IMG/VR virus record: IMGVR_UViG_3300003155_000001
Coordinates: 1 to 50,391 of that record
Origin: a virus
Reading direction: 5' to 3' (one strand)
DNA length: 50,391 nucleotides
Both the position numbers and the translations under genes were made by a program. Position 1 is the first letter of the stretch. The number at the start of each line of letters is the position of its first letter. A model generated the notes under the pieces. The model was not told the DNA's origin, searched no databases, and worked only from the letters and a program-made list of their open reading frames with translations. Positions 31,954 through 40,963 of the stretch are shown piece by piece.

Positions 31954-32304
31954 ATGTCGCAATATGAATACATAGGATTTTTAGTTGGGAGCCTTGCTGT
32001 CATTGTTCCGTTGTGTGTTGCCTTGATCGCCCCTATAATTAAAAATACCAAAACAATGACAAGGTTAACGTTGACAATGGAACACTTGATAGATCGTATA
32101 GATAAGCAGGAGAAGGCATTAGAAAAACATGAATTGGAATTCGAAGAGTATAAAGCACATGTTAGCGAAGGGCAGAAACGGCAGTGGGATGAAATAAACA
32201 AACATCACGACCAGCTGATACGGCAGTGGGATGAAATAAACAAACATCACGACCAGCTGATACGGCAGGGTGATGATATAAACAGATTAAAGAAGGAGGA
32301 GTAA
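31954..32304 (+). CDS. N-terminal TM + coiled-coil lysis-associated protein (BhlA/UviB-like holin candidate)
   Basis: TM FLVGSLAVIVPLCVALIAPII followed by charged heptads. Sits just upstream of the holin and endolysin. Contains a perfect 42-nt tandem duplication. Confidence 0.45.
   Translation: MSQYEYIGFLVGSLAVIVPLCVALIAPIIKNTKTMTRLTLTMEHLIDRIDKQEKALEKHELEFEEYKAHVSEGQKRQWDEINKHHDQLIRQWDEINKHHDQLIRQGDDINRLKKEE
32179..32268 (+). repeat. Perfect 42-nt tandem duplication (2.1 copies)
   Basis: CGGCAGTGGGATGAAATAAACAAACATCACGACCAGCTGATA at 32179-32220 and 32221-32262, then CGGCAG. Encodes RQWDEINKHHDQLI twice. Confidence 0.95.
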
Positions 32305-32306
32305 AC

Positions 32307-32561
32307 ATGTTTAAAAATTGTGTATTCAGCGTCAGCGTTGATACAAAGAAGTGGTTAAAAAAGGCCGGGGTTCGTGCGATAAAGACTGTTGCTCAGGCGG
32401 CTATTGCGGGGATCGGAACAGCGGCGGCAATGGGACAGGTCGATTGGAAATATGTTCTTTCGGCGTCTGTGCTGGCTGGCGTTATTTCCATACTGACAAG
32501 TATTACTGGAATCCCGGAAGTAGAAGCGACAGAAACCGAGAGCATAGAACAGAAAGGATAA
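32307..32561 (+). CDS. Holin (LL-H/Dp-1-like pattern)
   Basis: RBS AAGGAGGAG. RAIKTVAQAAIAGIGTAAA.. and a second TM VLSASVLAGVISILTSI. Lies directly before the endolysin. Confidence 0.7.
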   Translation: MFKNCVFSVSVDTKKWLKKAGVRAIKTVAQAAIAGIGTAAAMGQVDWKYVLSASVLAGVISILTSITGIPEVEATETESIEQKG

Positions 32562-32566
32562 TAGAA

Positions 32567-33622
32567 ATGGAACTTAGAAAATGTTTGCTCACGAAGAACA
32601 ATTGTTACAAATCGGGTGCAAAGATGGTACCAAAAGGTGTGATGTGGCATTCCACAGGTGCAAATAATCCGAATCTTAAAAGGTATGTTCAGCCGGACGA
32701 TGGAAAGCTAGGAAGCAACGGCAACGGGAATGACTGGAATCGCCCAACTCCCGGAGGAAGGGAGGTTTGTGTACATGCTTTTATCGGGAAAGACAAGAAC
32801 GGAAAAGTTTGTACATATCAGACGCTTCCGTGGAACTATCAGGCATGGCACTGCGGAGGACCAGGAAACCAGAAATACATTGCGTTCGAAATGTGTGAGG
32901 ATGGCCTGAACGACAAGTCATATTTCGAGAAGGTATATAAAGAGGCTGTGGAACTAACAGCATATTTATGCGAGCTCTATAACCTGAATCCAGAATCTTC
33001 AAATACTGTTATATGCCATCAGGACGGTTATAAGCTTGGGATTGCAAGTAATCATAGTGATGTGTACCACTGGTTTAACAAGTTTGGAAAGACTATGGCG
33101 GACGCAAGAAAGGATGTGAAAGCGGCTATGAGCGGGAAGACAAGCGGCACAAAAGTGGAAACAACACATGGAGGTACATCCGGGCACTATTGGGCTACGA
33201 TGCAGTTGAAAGAATTCGATAGAACAAACGGGCAGAAGTGGATTGTACATAAGCATAGCGACGGGACATATTCTTTCAAGAATGTTGCGTCCACAATTTA
33301 TATGAGTGTGCGAGACGGGAAGATGGTAAACGATCAGGAGGTTTGGGCTTACTCTTGGAATGACACGAAGTCACAGAGGTTCTTGATTGATCTTGACGAG
33401 TCGGGAGAAATTGCGGCAGAGGCACATATTCGCTGTTGTAACGACAACAATATGGTTGTCGAGGTCGACAATGGATCTTATGCGGATGGGTCAAGAATTC
33501 AGATTCGAAAGGAAAATGATACATTTGCTCAGAAATGGACATTTCTTCCGACAGGGCATGAGGAGGAATATTACATTCTGAATTATGGATCTGGTAAAGC
33601 ATTGGATGTAACATATAAATAA
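32567..33622 (+). CDS. Endolysin: N-acetylmuramoyl-L-alanine amidase (Amidase_2/PGRP) + ricin-B-like lectin repeats
   Basis: GVMWHSTGANNP..VHAFIG..AWHCGG..IAFEMCED..ICHQDG. C-terminal QKW/AQKW repeats. ATG 32567 follows GAAAGGA. The longer ORF-track start overlaps the holin in another frame. Confidence 0.9.
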   Translation: MELRKCLLTKNNCYKSGAKMVPKGVMWHSTGANNPNLKRYVQPDDGKLGSNGNGNDWNRPTPGGREVCVHAFIGKDKNGKVCTYQTLPWNYQAWHCGGPGNQKYIAFEMCEDGLNDKSYFEKVYKEAVELTAYLCELYNLNPESSNTVICHQDGYKLGIASNHSDVYHWFNKFGKTMADARKDVKAAMSGKTSGTKVETTHGGTSGHYWATMQLKEFDRTNGQKWIVHKHSDGTYSFKNVASTIYMSVRDGKMVNDQEVWAYSWNDTKSQRFLIDLDESGEIAAEAHIRCCNDNNMVVEVDNGSYADGSRIQIRKENDTFAQKWTFLPTGHEEEYYILNYGSGKALDVTYK

Positions 33623-33628
33623 AATTTT

Positions 33629-33653
33629 AGGCAGGCTTGGCCTGCCTTTTGTT
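33629..33653 (+). terminator. Rho-independent terminator
   Basis: AGGCAGGC-ttg-GCCTGCCT followed by TTTTGTT. Confidence 0.85.
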
Positions 33654-33668
33654 ATATTACATAACATA

Positions 33669-33697
33669 TTGACATATATAATTATATATTATATAAT
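33669..33697 (+). promoter_or_regulatory. Sigma-A type promoter P10 (head genes)
   Basis: TTGACA 33669-33674, 17 nt, TATAAT 33692-33697, inside a TA-repeat tract. Confidence 0.7.
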
Positions 33698-33732
33698 ATA
33701 TATGAAATAGAGTGAAAGAAAGGAGAGTGAAG

Positions 33733-35325
33733 ATGTCAAACGCTTACTATGATAGAATGGAAGGAAACGTAACAGAAACCACAGAAGTTCTAACAGTTGC
33801 ATTAAGAGACTTCCCGTACTTTGTGCTAAGAGACGAGATGACAGATCTGAGTTTTTCTGATTATAAAAAAGAGGTTATGAAAACGAAAAACAGGTATCTG
33901 CAATATCGTTGGGGTGTTATGTTCAGTCCTGATGGCATACATGGTGACTATGTTGCTTCTGATATACGTTTTAAGGAGTCAAAAACTCTGATCGATAAAC
34001 AGGCCAGATTCATGTTTTCTCGTACTCCAGATGTTGTTGTACAGTCGAAGGACACGGACGAAAAAGCGAAGAAGCAAGTAAGCCAGTACCAAAAACTAAT
34101 TGATATGGTTTTGAAGGATAGCAAGTTTCCGGGTCGATTGTTAGCATCAGCAAAGGATTGCCTGATCGGATCACGAATCGCAATTCTGGTAGATTTTTCA
34201 GACGTTGATGGAATACAGGTGCATTTCTATAACAGCTTACAATTTTACTACGAGCTGGACGCAGGAACTAATAGGATTGTTAAGTTCATAACGTTTGAGC
34301 AGATAAACCGAGGAGAATCGAGTTCTGTCCGTAGATACTTGGTAAATCGTTACTATGATACAAACGGTGTTATTTCTATGAGATCAGCACTGTATGATGG
34401 CGCAGGGAGAAAGATAAATGATCTTATAGAAGAAAAGGATATCGACTTGCAGTATATCCCGGCTTATGTTGTCGTAAACACAGGCTTGTTAAGCGATATA
34501 GGCGGTATTTCAGATATGGCAGACTTGGCAAAATATGAGTCTGGATATTCCAAGATTGCAAATTCAGATATTGACAGTGAGCGGCGTACAATGAATCCGA
34601 TTCGTTACACCGTCGATATGAACCCGGATACTACGGAAAATCTCCCGACAGGCCCCGGAGCATACTGGGATCTACAAAGCAACCAGAACATGGAAAGCCC
34701 TCACCCGTCCGTGGGAGCGATTGCGCCGTCAATGGGACATACGGAGGCTGTGAAAACAACACTGGACAGAATCAAGACCGGAATGTATCAAAGTGTTGAT
34801 GTCCCAAACATAAGCGAAGAAACTATGGTGGGAAGTGTTACGTCTGGAAAAGCATTGAAAGCATTGTATTGGCCTCTTATGGTGCGCTGTGATGAGAAGC
34901 TAAAAGAATGGATTCCGGCTTTACAATCCATGGCCGAAGCGATTGTTGATTATGCGAAGCTAGAAAAGCAATTTGTTGCTGAGCACTATGTTTTAGAGTC
35001 CGTGGACGAAATACAGATTGACATATCTATTCGCCAACATTATGCCTTACTAGACGATGAAACGGAAGAAAAGGCAAGCGATATGTCCGAGATTGCGCAG
35101 AATGCAAGGAGCCGGAGATCATATCTGAAGAAGTGGAGAAAAGAAGAGTTCCAGACAGACGAGCAGATACAAGAGGAACTTATGCAGATTGCTGTAGAAC
35201 TTAACATGTTCGATACCATGAGCATGAATGCACAGGTACAGACGGAATTAAACAAACAGCAGACAAGCCAAAATGTTGACAGCAATCTGGAAGAGGTGGC
35301 CACAGAAAATAAATTAGGTGAATGA
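33733..35325 (+). CDS. Portal protein (SPP1 gp6-like)
   Basis: ATG 33733 lies 7 nt after AGGAG. About 530 aa, with ..VTSGKALKALYWPL.. typical of SPP1-type portals. Followed by a gp7/Mu-F-like gene. Confidence 0.8.
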   Translation: MSNAYYDRMEGNVTETTEVLTVALRDFPYFVLRDEMTDLSFSDYKKEVMKTKNRYLQYRWGVMFSPDGIHGDYVASDIRFKESKTLIDKQARFMFSRTPDVVVQSKDTDEKAKKQVSQYQKLIDMVLKDSKFPGRLLASAKDCLIGSRIAILVDFSDVDGIQVHFYNSLQFYYELDAGTNRIVKFITFEQINRGESSSVRRYLVNRYYDTNGVISMRSALYDGAGRKINDLIEEKDIDLQYIPAYVVVNTGLLSDIGGISDMADLAKYESGYSKIANSDIDSERRTMNPIRYTVDMNPDTTENLPTGPGAYWDLQSNQNMESPHPSVGAIAPSMGHTEAVKTTLDRIKTGMYQSVDVPNISEETMVGSVTSGKALKALYWPLMVRCDEKLKEWIPALQSMAEAIVDYAKLEKQFVAEHYVLESVDEIQIDISIRQHYALLDDETEEKASDMSEIAQNARSRRSYLKKWRKEEFQTDEQIQEELMQIAVELNMFDTMSMNAQVQTELNKQQTSQNVDSNLEEVATENKLGE

Positions 35326-36319
35326 TATGCCAGCATTTCGGTTAAAGAAAGCGGAAGAGATAAGAGATAAAACAACAGAGTCTATGTTAAAGCAAATACG
35401 CCGAATGTACTACGAACTGTATAGCGATATATCTAAGCGCATTAGTCAAGGCGGGAACAGTCTGAGCAATCAAAATCTAATGCTAATACAGAGGCAAATA
35501 CGGAATAGGGTACAGCAGATTAATGAAGAGCTGGACGGAAATGTGAGAGCGAACATGGAAACGGTGTGCGAGGCAGTTACAGAAGATATAAGAACATATC
35601 TGAAACAGATGGGGTTTCGAGCTGAAGACATAACACAAGCGTATGTGCATATTCCTGCACAGGTTATAGAGAGCATTGTGACCGGGCAGATCTATCAGGA
35701 GGGGTGGAACCTGTCACAGGCAATCTGGGGATACAATCAAAAGACACAGCAGGTGTTACAGAACATTATTACAATGGGTGTTGGAGAAGGGAAGAGCGCA
35801 TATGATATTGCCAAAGACTTAGAGGCCTATGCTGACCCCAGTGCCAAAAAGACGGCACAGACCATACGTAGTTGGAGATATGCCACAGAAGTTGATGTAA
35901 GGGCTGGTAGGGCTTCTGCTGTGGGAGAGAGAATCACAGATTACTTTCGCCCCGGGAAGGTTGACTATAATGCGTTGCGCTTGGCCAGAACAATGGTAAG
36001 TCATGCGTATCAGCAGGCATTTGAGCGTGTGAACAGATATGATCCGTTTGTGATTGGGTACCGGTGGCTAACGTCCAATTTTCACGGCAGGGTATGTCCG
36101 ATATGTATTGAGCGTGCAACAAGCGACAGCTATGGACTTGGTGCAGGCGTGTTTCCAAAAGATGAGTTACCGCTAGATCATCCGAACGGAATGTGTACGT
36201 TCGAAGCTGTTATGTCAGATTCGATGACCGAGATTGCGAGGCGCATTGGAGAGTGGTATAATTCTCCTGTTGGCACGTTTCCGGATATAGATAGGTATGC
36301 ACAAGACTTTATTGCGTAG
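35318..36319 (+). CDS. Head morphogenesis protein (SPP1 gp7 / Mu F-like)
   Basis: ..RWLTSNFHGRVCPICIERA..PLDHPNGMCTFEAV matches the C-terminal HP.C.C signature of this family. Confidence 0.8.
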   Translation: MNDMPAFRLKKAEEIRDKTTESMLKQIRRMYYELYSDISKRISQGGNSLSNQNLMLIQRQIRNRVQQINEELDGNVRANMETVCEAVTEDIRTYLKQMGFRAEDITQAYVHIPAQVIESIVTGQIYQEGWNLSQAIWGYNQKTQQVLQNIITMGVGEGKSAYDIAKDLEAYADPSAKKTAQTIRSWRYATEVDVRAGRASAVGERITDYFRPGKVDYNALRLARTMVSHAYQQAFERVNRYDPFVIGYRWLTSNFHGRVCPICIERATSDSYGLGAGVFPKDELPLDHPNGMCTFEAVMSDSMTEIARRIGEWYNSPVGTFPDIDRYAQDFIA

Positions 36320-36331
36320 GAGGAGAAAAGA

Positions 36332-36709
36332 ATGTTAAAAGCTGAGACAGTGTGCAGAGAATGCAATAAAACAAACGAGGTTTTTGAAGGTATACTAAAA
36401 AATGTAACAGCGTATGATAAGGACGGGATAGAAATATATCTGTTGTGTTATACTTGTCCTCTGTGTGGCACTTTGAATGTTGTTCAAATTGATAATGCCA
36501 TAACAAACAGAACGTTGGCAGAATGCAAGAGAATTCTCAGGTATGGGATGAGGGAGAATGGAACAGCAAAGAACAGCATGAAAAAGAAATATAATAAGCT
36601 GTGCAAAAAGTTAAGCGCTCAGAGGCAGTTACTTAATAAATCGTATTCGGGCGCTGAATTGTTTGATTCGGCCGGAGAAACTTTTATAAAAAGCTTGACA
36701 TTATCTTGA
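36332..36709 (+). CDS. Zinc-ribbon + basic coiled-coil protein (paralogue A)
   Basis: RBS AGGAGGAG. CRECNK...CPLCGT. Confidence 0.6.
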   Translation: MLKAETVCRECNKTNEVFEGILKNVTAYDKDGIEIYLLCYTCPLCGTLNVVQIDNAITNRTLAECKRILRYGMRENGTAKNSMKKKYNKLCKKLSAQRQLLNKSYSGAELFDSAGETFIKSLTLS

Positions 36710-36723
36710 AAGGATGGTATAAT
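36695..36723 (+). promoter_or_regulatory. Promoter-like element P11 overlapping the next start codon
   Basis: TTGACA 36695-36700, 17 nt, TGgTATAAT ending at 36723. The ATG of the next ORF is 36722-36724. Confidence 0.45.
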
Positions 36724-37066
36724 GGACGTAAGATGTGATAAATGTCGCATCATGTTTAGCGCAAGGCTATATGAAGAGGAAAAGCAGATCGGGAATGAGG
36801 TAATAACACAGACTTATATGCAGTGTCCTGTGTGTGCAAGCAAATTTCCGGTCTGTTATGACACTCCAGAAACATTTGCGCTGAAAAAGAAAATAAAGAA
36901 AATGTCCCATGCTATTGGAGCATGTGAGACTGTAAAAGCACGACAGAGAATGATGAAGAGGCTACAGAAAAAGAGACAGATGTTAAACGAGAAAATGGAG
37001 CAGGCAAAGCAGAGATATTGTGGAGAAAGGGAGAACGAAGATGAGCGAAACAACAAACCAGAATAA
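36722..37066 (+). CDS. Zinc-ribbon + basic coiled-coil protein (paralogue B)
   Basis: CDKCR...CPVCAS. RBS AAAGGA lies 7 nt upstream. Confidence 0.55.
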   Translation: MDVRCDKCRIMFSARLYEEEKQIGNEVITQTYMQCPVCASKFPVCYDTPETFALKKKIKKMSHAIGACETVKARQRMMKRLQKKRQMLNEKMEQAKQRYCGERENEDERNNKPE

Positions 37067-37739
37067 CAGCCAGCAGACAGAACCGCAGAAAGGGCAGACA
37101 CAGCAGAATAATAGCCAACAGACACAGAGCAATCAGGGTGCATCTCCACAGCAGGGGCAGAATAATACTTCTGTCGATGTGGAGAAAATTAAAAATGATG
37201 CGATTAATAACTTGCTGAAAGAGGCCGGATATGATTCAATCGACACCATGAAGGAAGACCTTGGTAAGTATAAGGATCATGTTAATAGCCAGAAATCTGA
37301 GAGCGAGAGAAAAGACGATGAGCTGAAGGAGACAACAAAACAGCTTGCCGAAGAGCGTGAGGCACGTCTGCTCGCAGAAGCAAAGCTGGAAGCCCGTAAC
37401 ATGGGAGTAAAGGCCGGTCTCGTGGATGACGTTGTTATTATTGCGAAGAGTCGTGTAACAAAAGACAAGGATATTGTCGCAGTCCTGACAGAAATGAAAG
37501 ACAATTCGGATGAAAAGATCTATTTCGAAGATGATGCTGAACCTGATGAGAAAAACAAGAATACAGGACATAACAATACTACACGGCGCAGAGTGCCAAA
37601 GAAAGACGAAGCAAACAGCGGATCTAATGGCGCAAAAGATGAGGGATCCGCACAGGCTGGAAAGTATGCTGGGACAATGGCGGCCCGTTTGCTGGGAAAT
37701 ACATCCCGTGGAAAAGGCGGGTACTACTTTAAAAAATAA
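37041..37739 (+). CDS. Scaffolding protein (GP20-like)
   Basis: ATG 37041 follows AAGGGAGAA. Q/N-rich N-terminus and coiled coil ..KQLAEEREARLLAEAKLEARNMGVK... Positioned before the capsid genes. Confidence 0.65.
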   Translation: MSETTNQNNSQQTEPQKGQTQQNNSQQTQSNQGASPQQGQNNTSVDVEKIKNDAINNLLKEAGYDSIDTMKEDLGKYKDHVNSQKSESERKDDELKETTKQLAEEREARLLAEAKLEARNMGVKAGLVDDVVIIAKSRVTKDKDIVAVLTEMKDNSDEKIYFEDDAEPDEKNKNTGHNNTTRRRVPKKDEANSGSNGAKDEGSAQAGKYAGTMAARLLGNTSRGKGGYYFKK

Positions 37740-37750
37740 GGAGGATAAGC

Positions 37751-38173
37751 ATGTTAAACAAGACAGGAGTATTAAAAGAATCTTTTGTTAACGTCGAGCA
37801 GATTCTTTTTAATGTGGAACATCAGGTTTCTGTCTCTGTTCTGGTAGACCAGAGTGTGGTAACATCTGCGGATGCATATGGGAATAAAATTGCAAAAGCA
37901 GGGACACCATTAACAGGGGATCTTGATGCAAGGACTACGGCATTTACCGCCGCACAGACTTCCGGTTCTCCCACGGCTACATCTAATGCAGTTGGGATTC
38001 TTCTGCATGATGTTGATCTTACACAGGGAGATGAAAATGGTACGTTACTTATTTTCGGTTTTGTAAACACAAGCCGAATCGATTCGACAACGGCGGCGAA
38101 AATTACCGATGAGGTAAAAGCGGCATTGCCTATGATATGTTTTGCCGCTATGGATGACAAGGCAGAAGAATAA
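37751..38173 (+). CDS. Head decoration protein (lambda gpD-like)
   Basis: ..AKAGTPLTGDL..AVGILLHDVDL..GTLLIFGFVN.. fits the gpD-family pattern. Directly upstream of a gpE-like capsid gene, as in lambda. Confidence 0.6.
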   Translation: MLNKTGVLKESFVNVEQILFNVEHQVSVSVLVDQSVVTSADAYGNKIAKAGTPLTGDLDARTTAFTAAQTSGSPTATSNAVGILLHDVDLTQGDENGTLLIFGFVNTSRIDSTTAAKITDEVKAALPMICFAAMDDKAEE

Positions 38174-38188
38174 GAAGGGAGTTAAAAC

Positions 38189-39223
38189 ATGACAATTTTT
38201 GATCTGATTGTTTCCGGTGAGATTGTTGCTTATTGGGAACTGAAAACACAGGACAGAGCTCCATACTTAGGCGAGGAGCTTTGGCCGAATGAACAGAAAA
38301 TGGGTCTGAAACTGGAATGGCTGAAAGGTTCTAATGGCCTTCCGGTTGTATTACGTCCGAGTGCGTATGACGTGGCGGCTGTACCACGTCCAAGAATTGG
38401 ATTCGAGAAATTAAGTACGAACATGCCGTATTTCAAAGAGTCTAAATATATCGACGAGGAATTAAGACAGCAGTTAAACATGGTAATGGAGAGTAATAAT
38501 CAGGCCCTTATTGACATGATTATACGACAGATATTCAACGATGAAATGGAACTTCTGGAAGGTGCGGCGGCACAGCGTGAGCGTATGCGAATGATGGCGC
38601 TTACCACTGGAGTCATCAGTATCGAAGGAAACGGTCAGGTGTATGATTATGATTACGGTATGCCGGAAGGCCATAAGGTTACAGTAAGTAAATCATGGTC
38701 TGATCCGACGGCTCCGATTATCGAGGATATCCGGGCAGGAATTGACAAGATCGAAGCAGATACCGGAGTAACAGTCGAAAGGGCCGTAACAGGTTCTAAG
38801 GTAATCGGATACATGAGGAAAAATAACGAGATTAAAGCAACGCTGAATGCGCTGTCGCAGGGAAATGGATACATCTCCGACGGTCGTATTCTCCAGTATA
38901 TTTCCGATGAGCTCGGGATCGAAGTTGTGAAGAATGACAAGCAGTACAAGGACGAGACAAAAACTACACAGAGATATGTTCCGGATGATGTTTTTGTTAT
39001 GTTCCCGGCTGGACAGCTTGGAAATACATGGTTTGGCATGACACCGGAGCAGTCAGATCTGATGAGCAGTAATGTTGCAAATGTATCTATTACAGATACA
39101 GGTGTTGCCGTTACAACAACACAGAAAACCGATCCGGTTCAGGTCGAAACAAAAGTAACACAGATTTGTCTCCCGGATTTCCCAACAGCAGATCAGGTCT
39201 ATATTCTGGATGTGATTGCATAA
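38189..39223 (+). CDS. Major capsid protein (lambda gpE-like family)
   Basis: 344 aa. The N-terminus ..YLGEELWPNEQKMGLKLEWLKGSNGLPVVLRPSAYDVAA.. is typical of the capsid E family. A strong terminator follows. Confidence 0.8.
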   Translation: MTIFDLIVSGEIVAYWELKTQDRAPYLGEELWPNEQKMGLKLEWLKGSNGLPVVLRPSAYDVAAVPRPRIGFEKLSTNMPYFKESKYIDEELRQQLNMVMESNNQALIDMIIRQIFNDEMELLEGAAAQRERMRMMALTTGVISIEGNGQVYDYDYGMPEGHKVTVSKSWSDPTAPIIEDIRAGIDKIEADTGVTVERAVTGSKVIGYMRKNNEIKATLNALSQGNGYISDGRILQYISDELGIEVVKNDKQYKDETKTTQRYVPDDVFVMFPAGQLGNTWFGMTPEQSDLMSSNVANVSITDTGVAVTTTQKTDPVQVETKVTQICLPDFPTADQVYILDVIA

Positions 39224-39229
39224 TAACAC

Positions 39230-39253
39230 AGAGGGCGAAAGCCCTCTAATTTT
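39230..39253 (+). terminator. Rho-independent terminator after the capsid gene
   Basis: AGAGGGC-gaaa-GCCCTCT followed by AATTTT. Confidence 0.75.
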
Positions 39254-39269
39254 GAAAGGAGGAGCGCAA

Positions 39270-39614
39270 GTGGTAATTGCAGTAAGAGGGAAACGCAGGA
39301 TTAAAGTAAGCAGACAGGCTTACAACAAAGTCTTTCGTAAAAAAGGTTTCCGGGTCGTCGAGGATGAAGCAGACAAGAATGTGAATATGGAAGAGTCTGA
39401 AAACATGGAAACACCGCAGGAAGATACAGCAGAGGAAAGCACGGGAACATCTGAAGAGGGTGAGGATGTTGACAGCATTCCGATTGCTGAAATGAACAAA
39501 CAGCAGTTATCTGAGTATGCAAAAAAGCATAACATCGACACAAGCGGAGCAACGTCTGTTTCTCAGGCAAGAAAGATCATACAGCGGGAAGTCCGCAACC
39601 GCAACATTATGTAA
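39270..39614 (+). CDS. Acidic protein with C-terminal HeH/Rho-N-like motif
   Basis: GTG 39270 follows AAAGGAGGAG. ..MNKQQLSEYAKKHNIDTSGATSVSQARKIIQ. Confidence 0.5.
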   Translation: MVIAVRGKRRIKVSRQAYNKVFRKKGFRVVEDEADKNVNMEESENMETPQEDTAEESTGTSEEGEDVDSIPIAEMNKQQLSEYAKKHNIDTSGATSVSQARKIIQREVRNRNIM

Positions 39615-39615
39615 T

Positions 39616-39867
39616 ATGGACAGCTTAGAAAAACTGAAATTCAACATCCGTGAGAATGAATATCCATGTTTTTCGGATGAAGAATTGATGTATGTCTTAA
39701 ATGATGAATGCGGTGGAGATATCAGAAAAGCATCTTATAAGTGTCTTATCCGTAAAGCAGAGAATACAGGGATTACAGTGAGCGGCCTGACAACAAAGGA
39801 TAGTTCTAGCTATTTCCGTATGTTAGCGTCGAATTTTGTGACAACGCATAGCGGGTGTCTGAAATGA
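39616..39867 (+). CDS. Head-tail connector/adaptor candidate
   Basis: Call is from position and size (83 aa). ATG sits 1 nt after the upstream TAA. Confidence 0.4.
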   Translation: MDSLEKLKFNIRENEYPCFSDEELMYVLNDECGGDIRKASYKCLIRKAENTGITVSGLTTKDSSSYFRMLASNFVTTHSGCLK

Positions 39868-40253
39868 GAGAAGAGTTACTCAGGCAGGAGGTATTCAAGC
39901 TGGCTCGTGAGATTGAGCGGTATGGTATTTCTATAGAGTTCGTCCGATTCGGAGTTGATGACTATGGTCAGCCTGATGAGGATAAAAATGTGGAAATGGC
40001 AACCGTTCAGGGAATATATCACACTACCAAGGGATATATTAACAGAACTATTACAGATGGTGGTATGAATGTTCCTTTCGGACAGCCTATGCTAATGTGT
40101 CTATATGCAGATGCTAAGGTCATAAACGTCGAAGACGTTGTCACAAAAGACGGCGTAGAATTGTATCGCATAGTTGGCAAAACAGATATAGGCGGGTTTC
40201 ATATTGTTATGGATTTTTCGCTGGAGGAAGTACATCGTGGGAATTCGATTTGA
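39864..40253 (+). CDS. Head closure / head-tail joining candidate
   Basis: ATGA overlap at 39864-39867. Call is from position only. Confidence 0.4.
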   Translation: MREELLRQEVFKLAREIERYGISIEFVRFGVDDYGQPDEDKNVEMATVQGIYHTTKGYINRTITDGGMNVPFGQPMLMCLYADAKVINVEDVVTKDGVELYRIVGKTDIGGFHIVMDFSLEEVHRGNSI

Positions 40254-40587
40254 TGCGAGACAGCTCAGTAGTGCTCTTGAAAAAGCAGAGGATAAGACAC
40301 AGATAGCGATTAAAATGTATGCCTCAGAAGGGGCAAAAAAATTCCAGAACTATGCGAAGAAGCATAGACCATGGACGGATAGAACAGGGAGAGCCAGACA
40401 AAGCCTAACGGGATGGGTTGAAACATTTTCGGATAAAGTTCGAATACATATCGGGCATGGTGTTGATTACGGAGTCTATCTCGAGTTATCCCATGAAAAG
40501 CGATATGCAATATTACAGCCTACGGTGAACGCAATGTCTGGCGAAGTGCTAGAGGGTTTTAAGGAGCTTATAAAACATTTCAAATGA
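40237..40587 (+). CDS. HK97 gp10-like tail-completion/neck protein
   Basis: GTG 40237 lies 8 nt after GGAGGA. ..AKKHRPWTDRTGRARQSL..GHGVDYGVYLE resembles the gp10 family. Confidence 0.55.
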   Translation: MGIRFDARQLSSALEKAEDKTQIAIKMYASEGAKKFQNYAKKHRPWTDRTGRARQSLTGWVETFSDKVRIHIGHGVDYGVYLELSHEKRYAILQPTVNAMSGEVLEGFKELIKHFK

Positions 40588-40949
40588 GCGACAGTGTATT
40601 AAAAAAAATATATAACTATTTAAAAAACAACTTTAATGAGACTTACTTTCCCGGACAGCACGTAGGCGAGTGCTCTGAGCCGTATGTCGTAATAAAAATG
40701 GACGGTACGGCAAGTGTTTCCGGAATATCCAGCGAAAGACCAATATACACAATTATGTGCTATGTTCCGCAGGGAAGGTTCACGGATCTGCATGATGTGG
40801 TACTAAGTGTTAAGGACATTATGCGCGGTCTGTATCCTATGGTTATGTATGCTGGGAATGAAACGCCGGAATACTACGATGAACAAGTAAACGGGAACAT
40901 GATAAGTTTTCAGTATTACGGAATTCGAAAAATAAGGAATTATCTCTAA
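40584..40949 (+). CDS. Tail-terminator/neck candidate
   Basis: ATGA overlap. Call is from position only. Confidence 0.35.
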   Translation: MSDSVLKKIYNYLKNNFNETYFPGQHVGECSEPYVVIKMDGTASVSGISSERPIYTIMCYVPQGRFTDLHDVVLSVKDIMRGLYPMVMYAGNETPEYYDEQVNGNMISFQYYGIRKIRNYL

Positions 40950-40963
40950 GAAAGGGTGATAAA

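Noticed and set aside
32351-32566. N-terminal 72-codon extension of the endolysin ORF
   Set aside because: It overlaps the holin gene in another frame and has Gly/Cys/Arg-rich nonsense composition. A good RBS and ATG at 32567 start the recognisable amidase domain.
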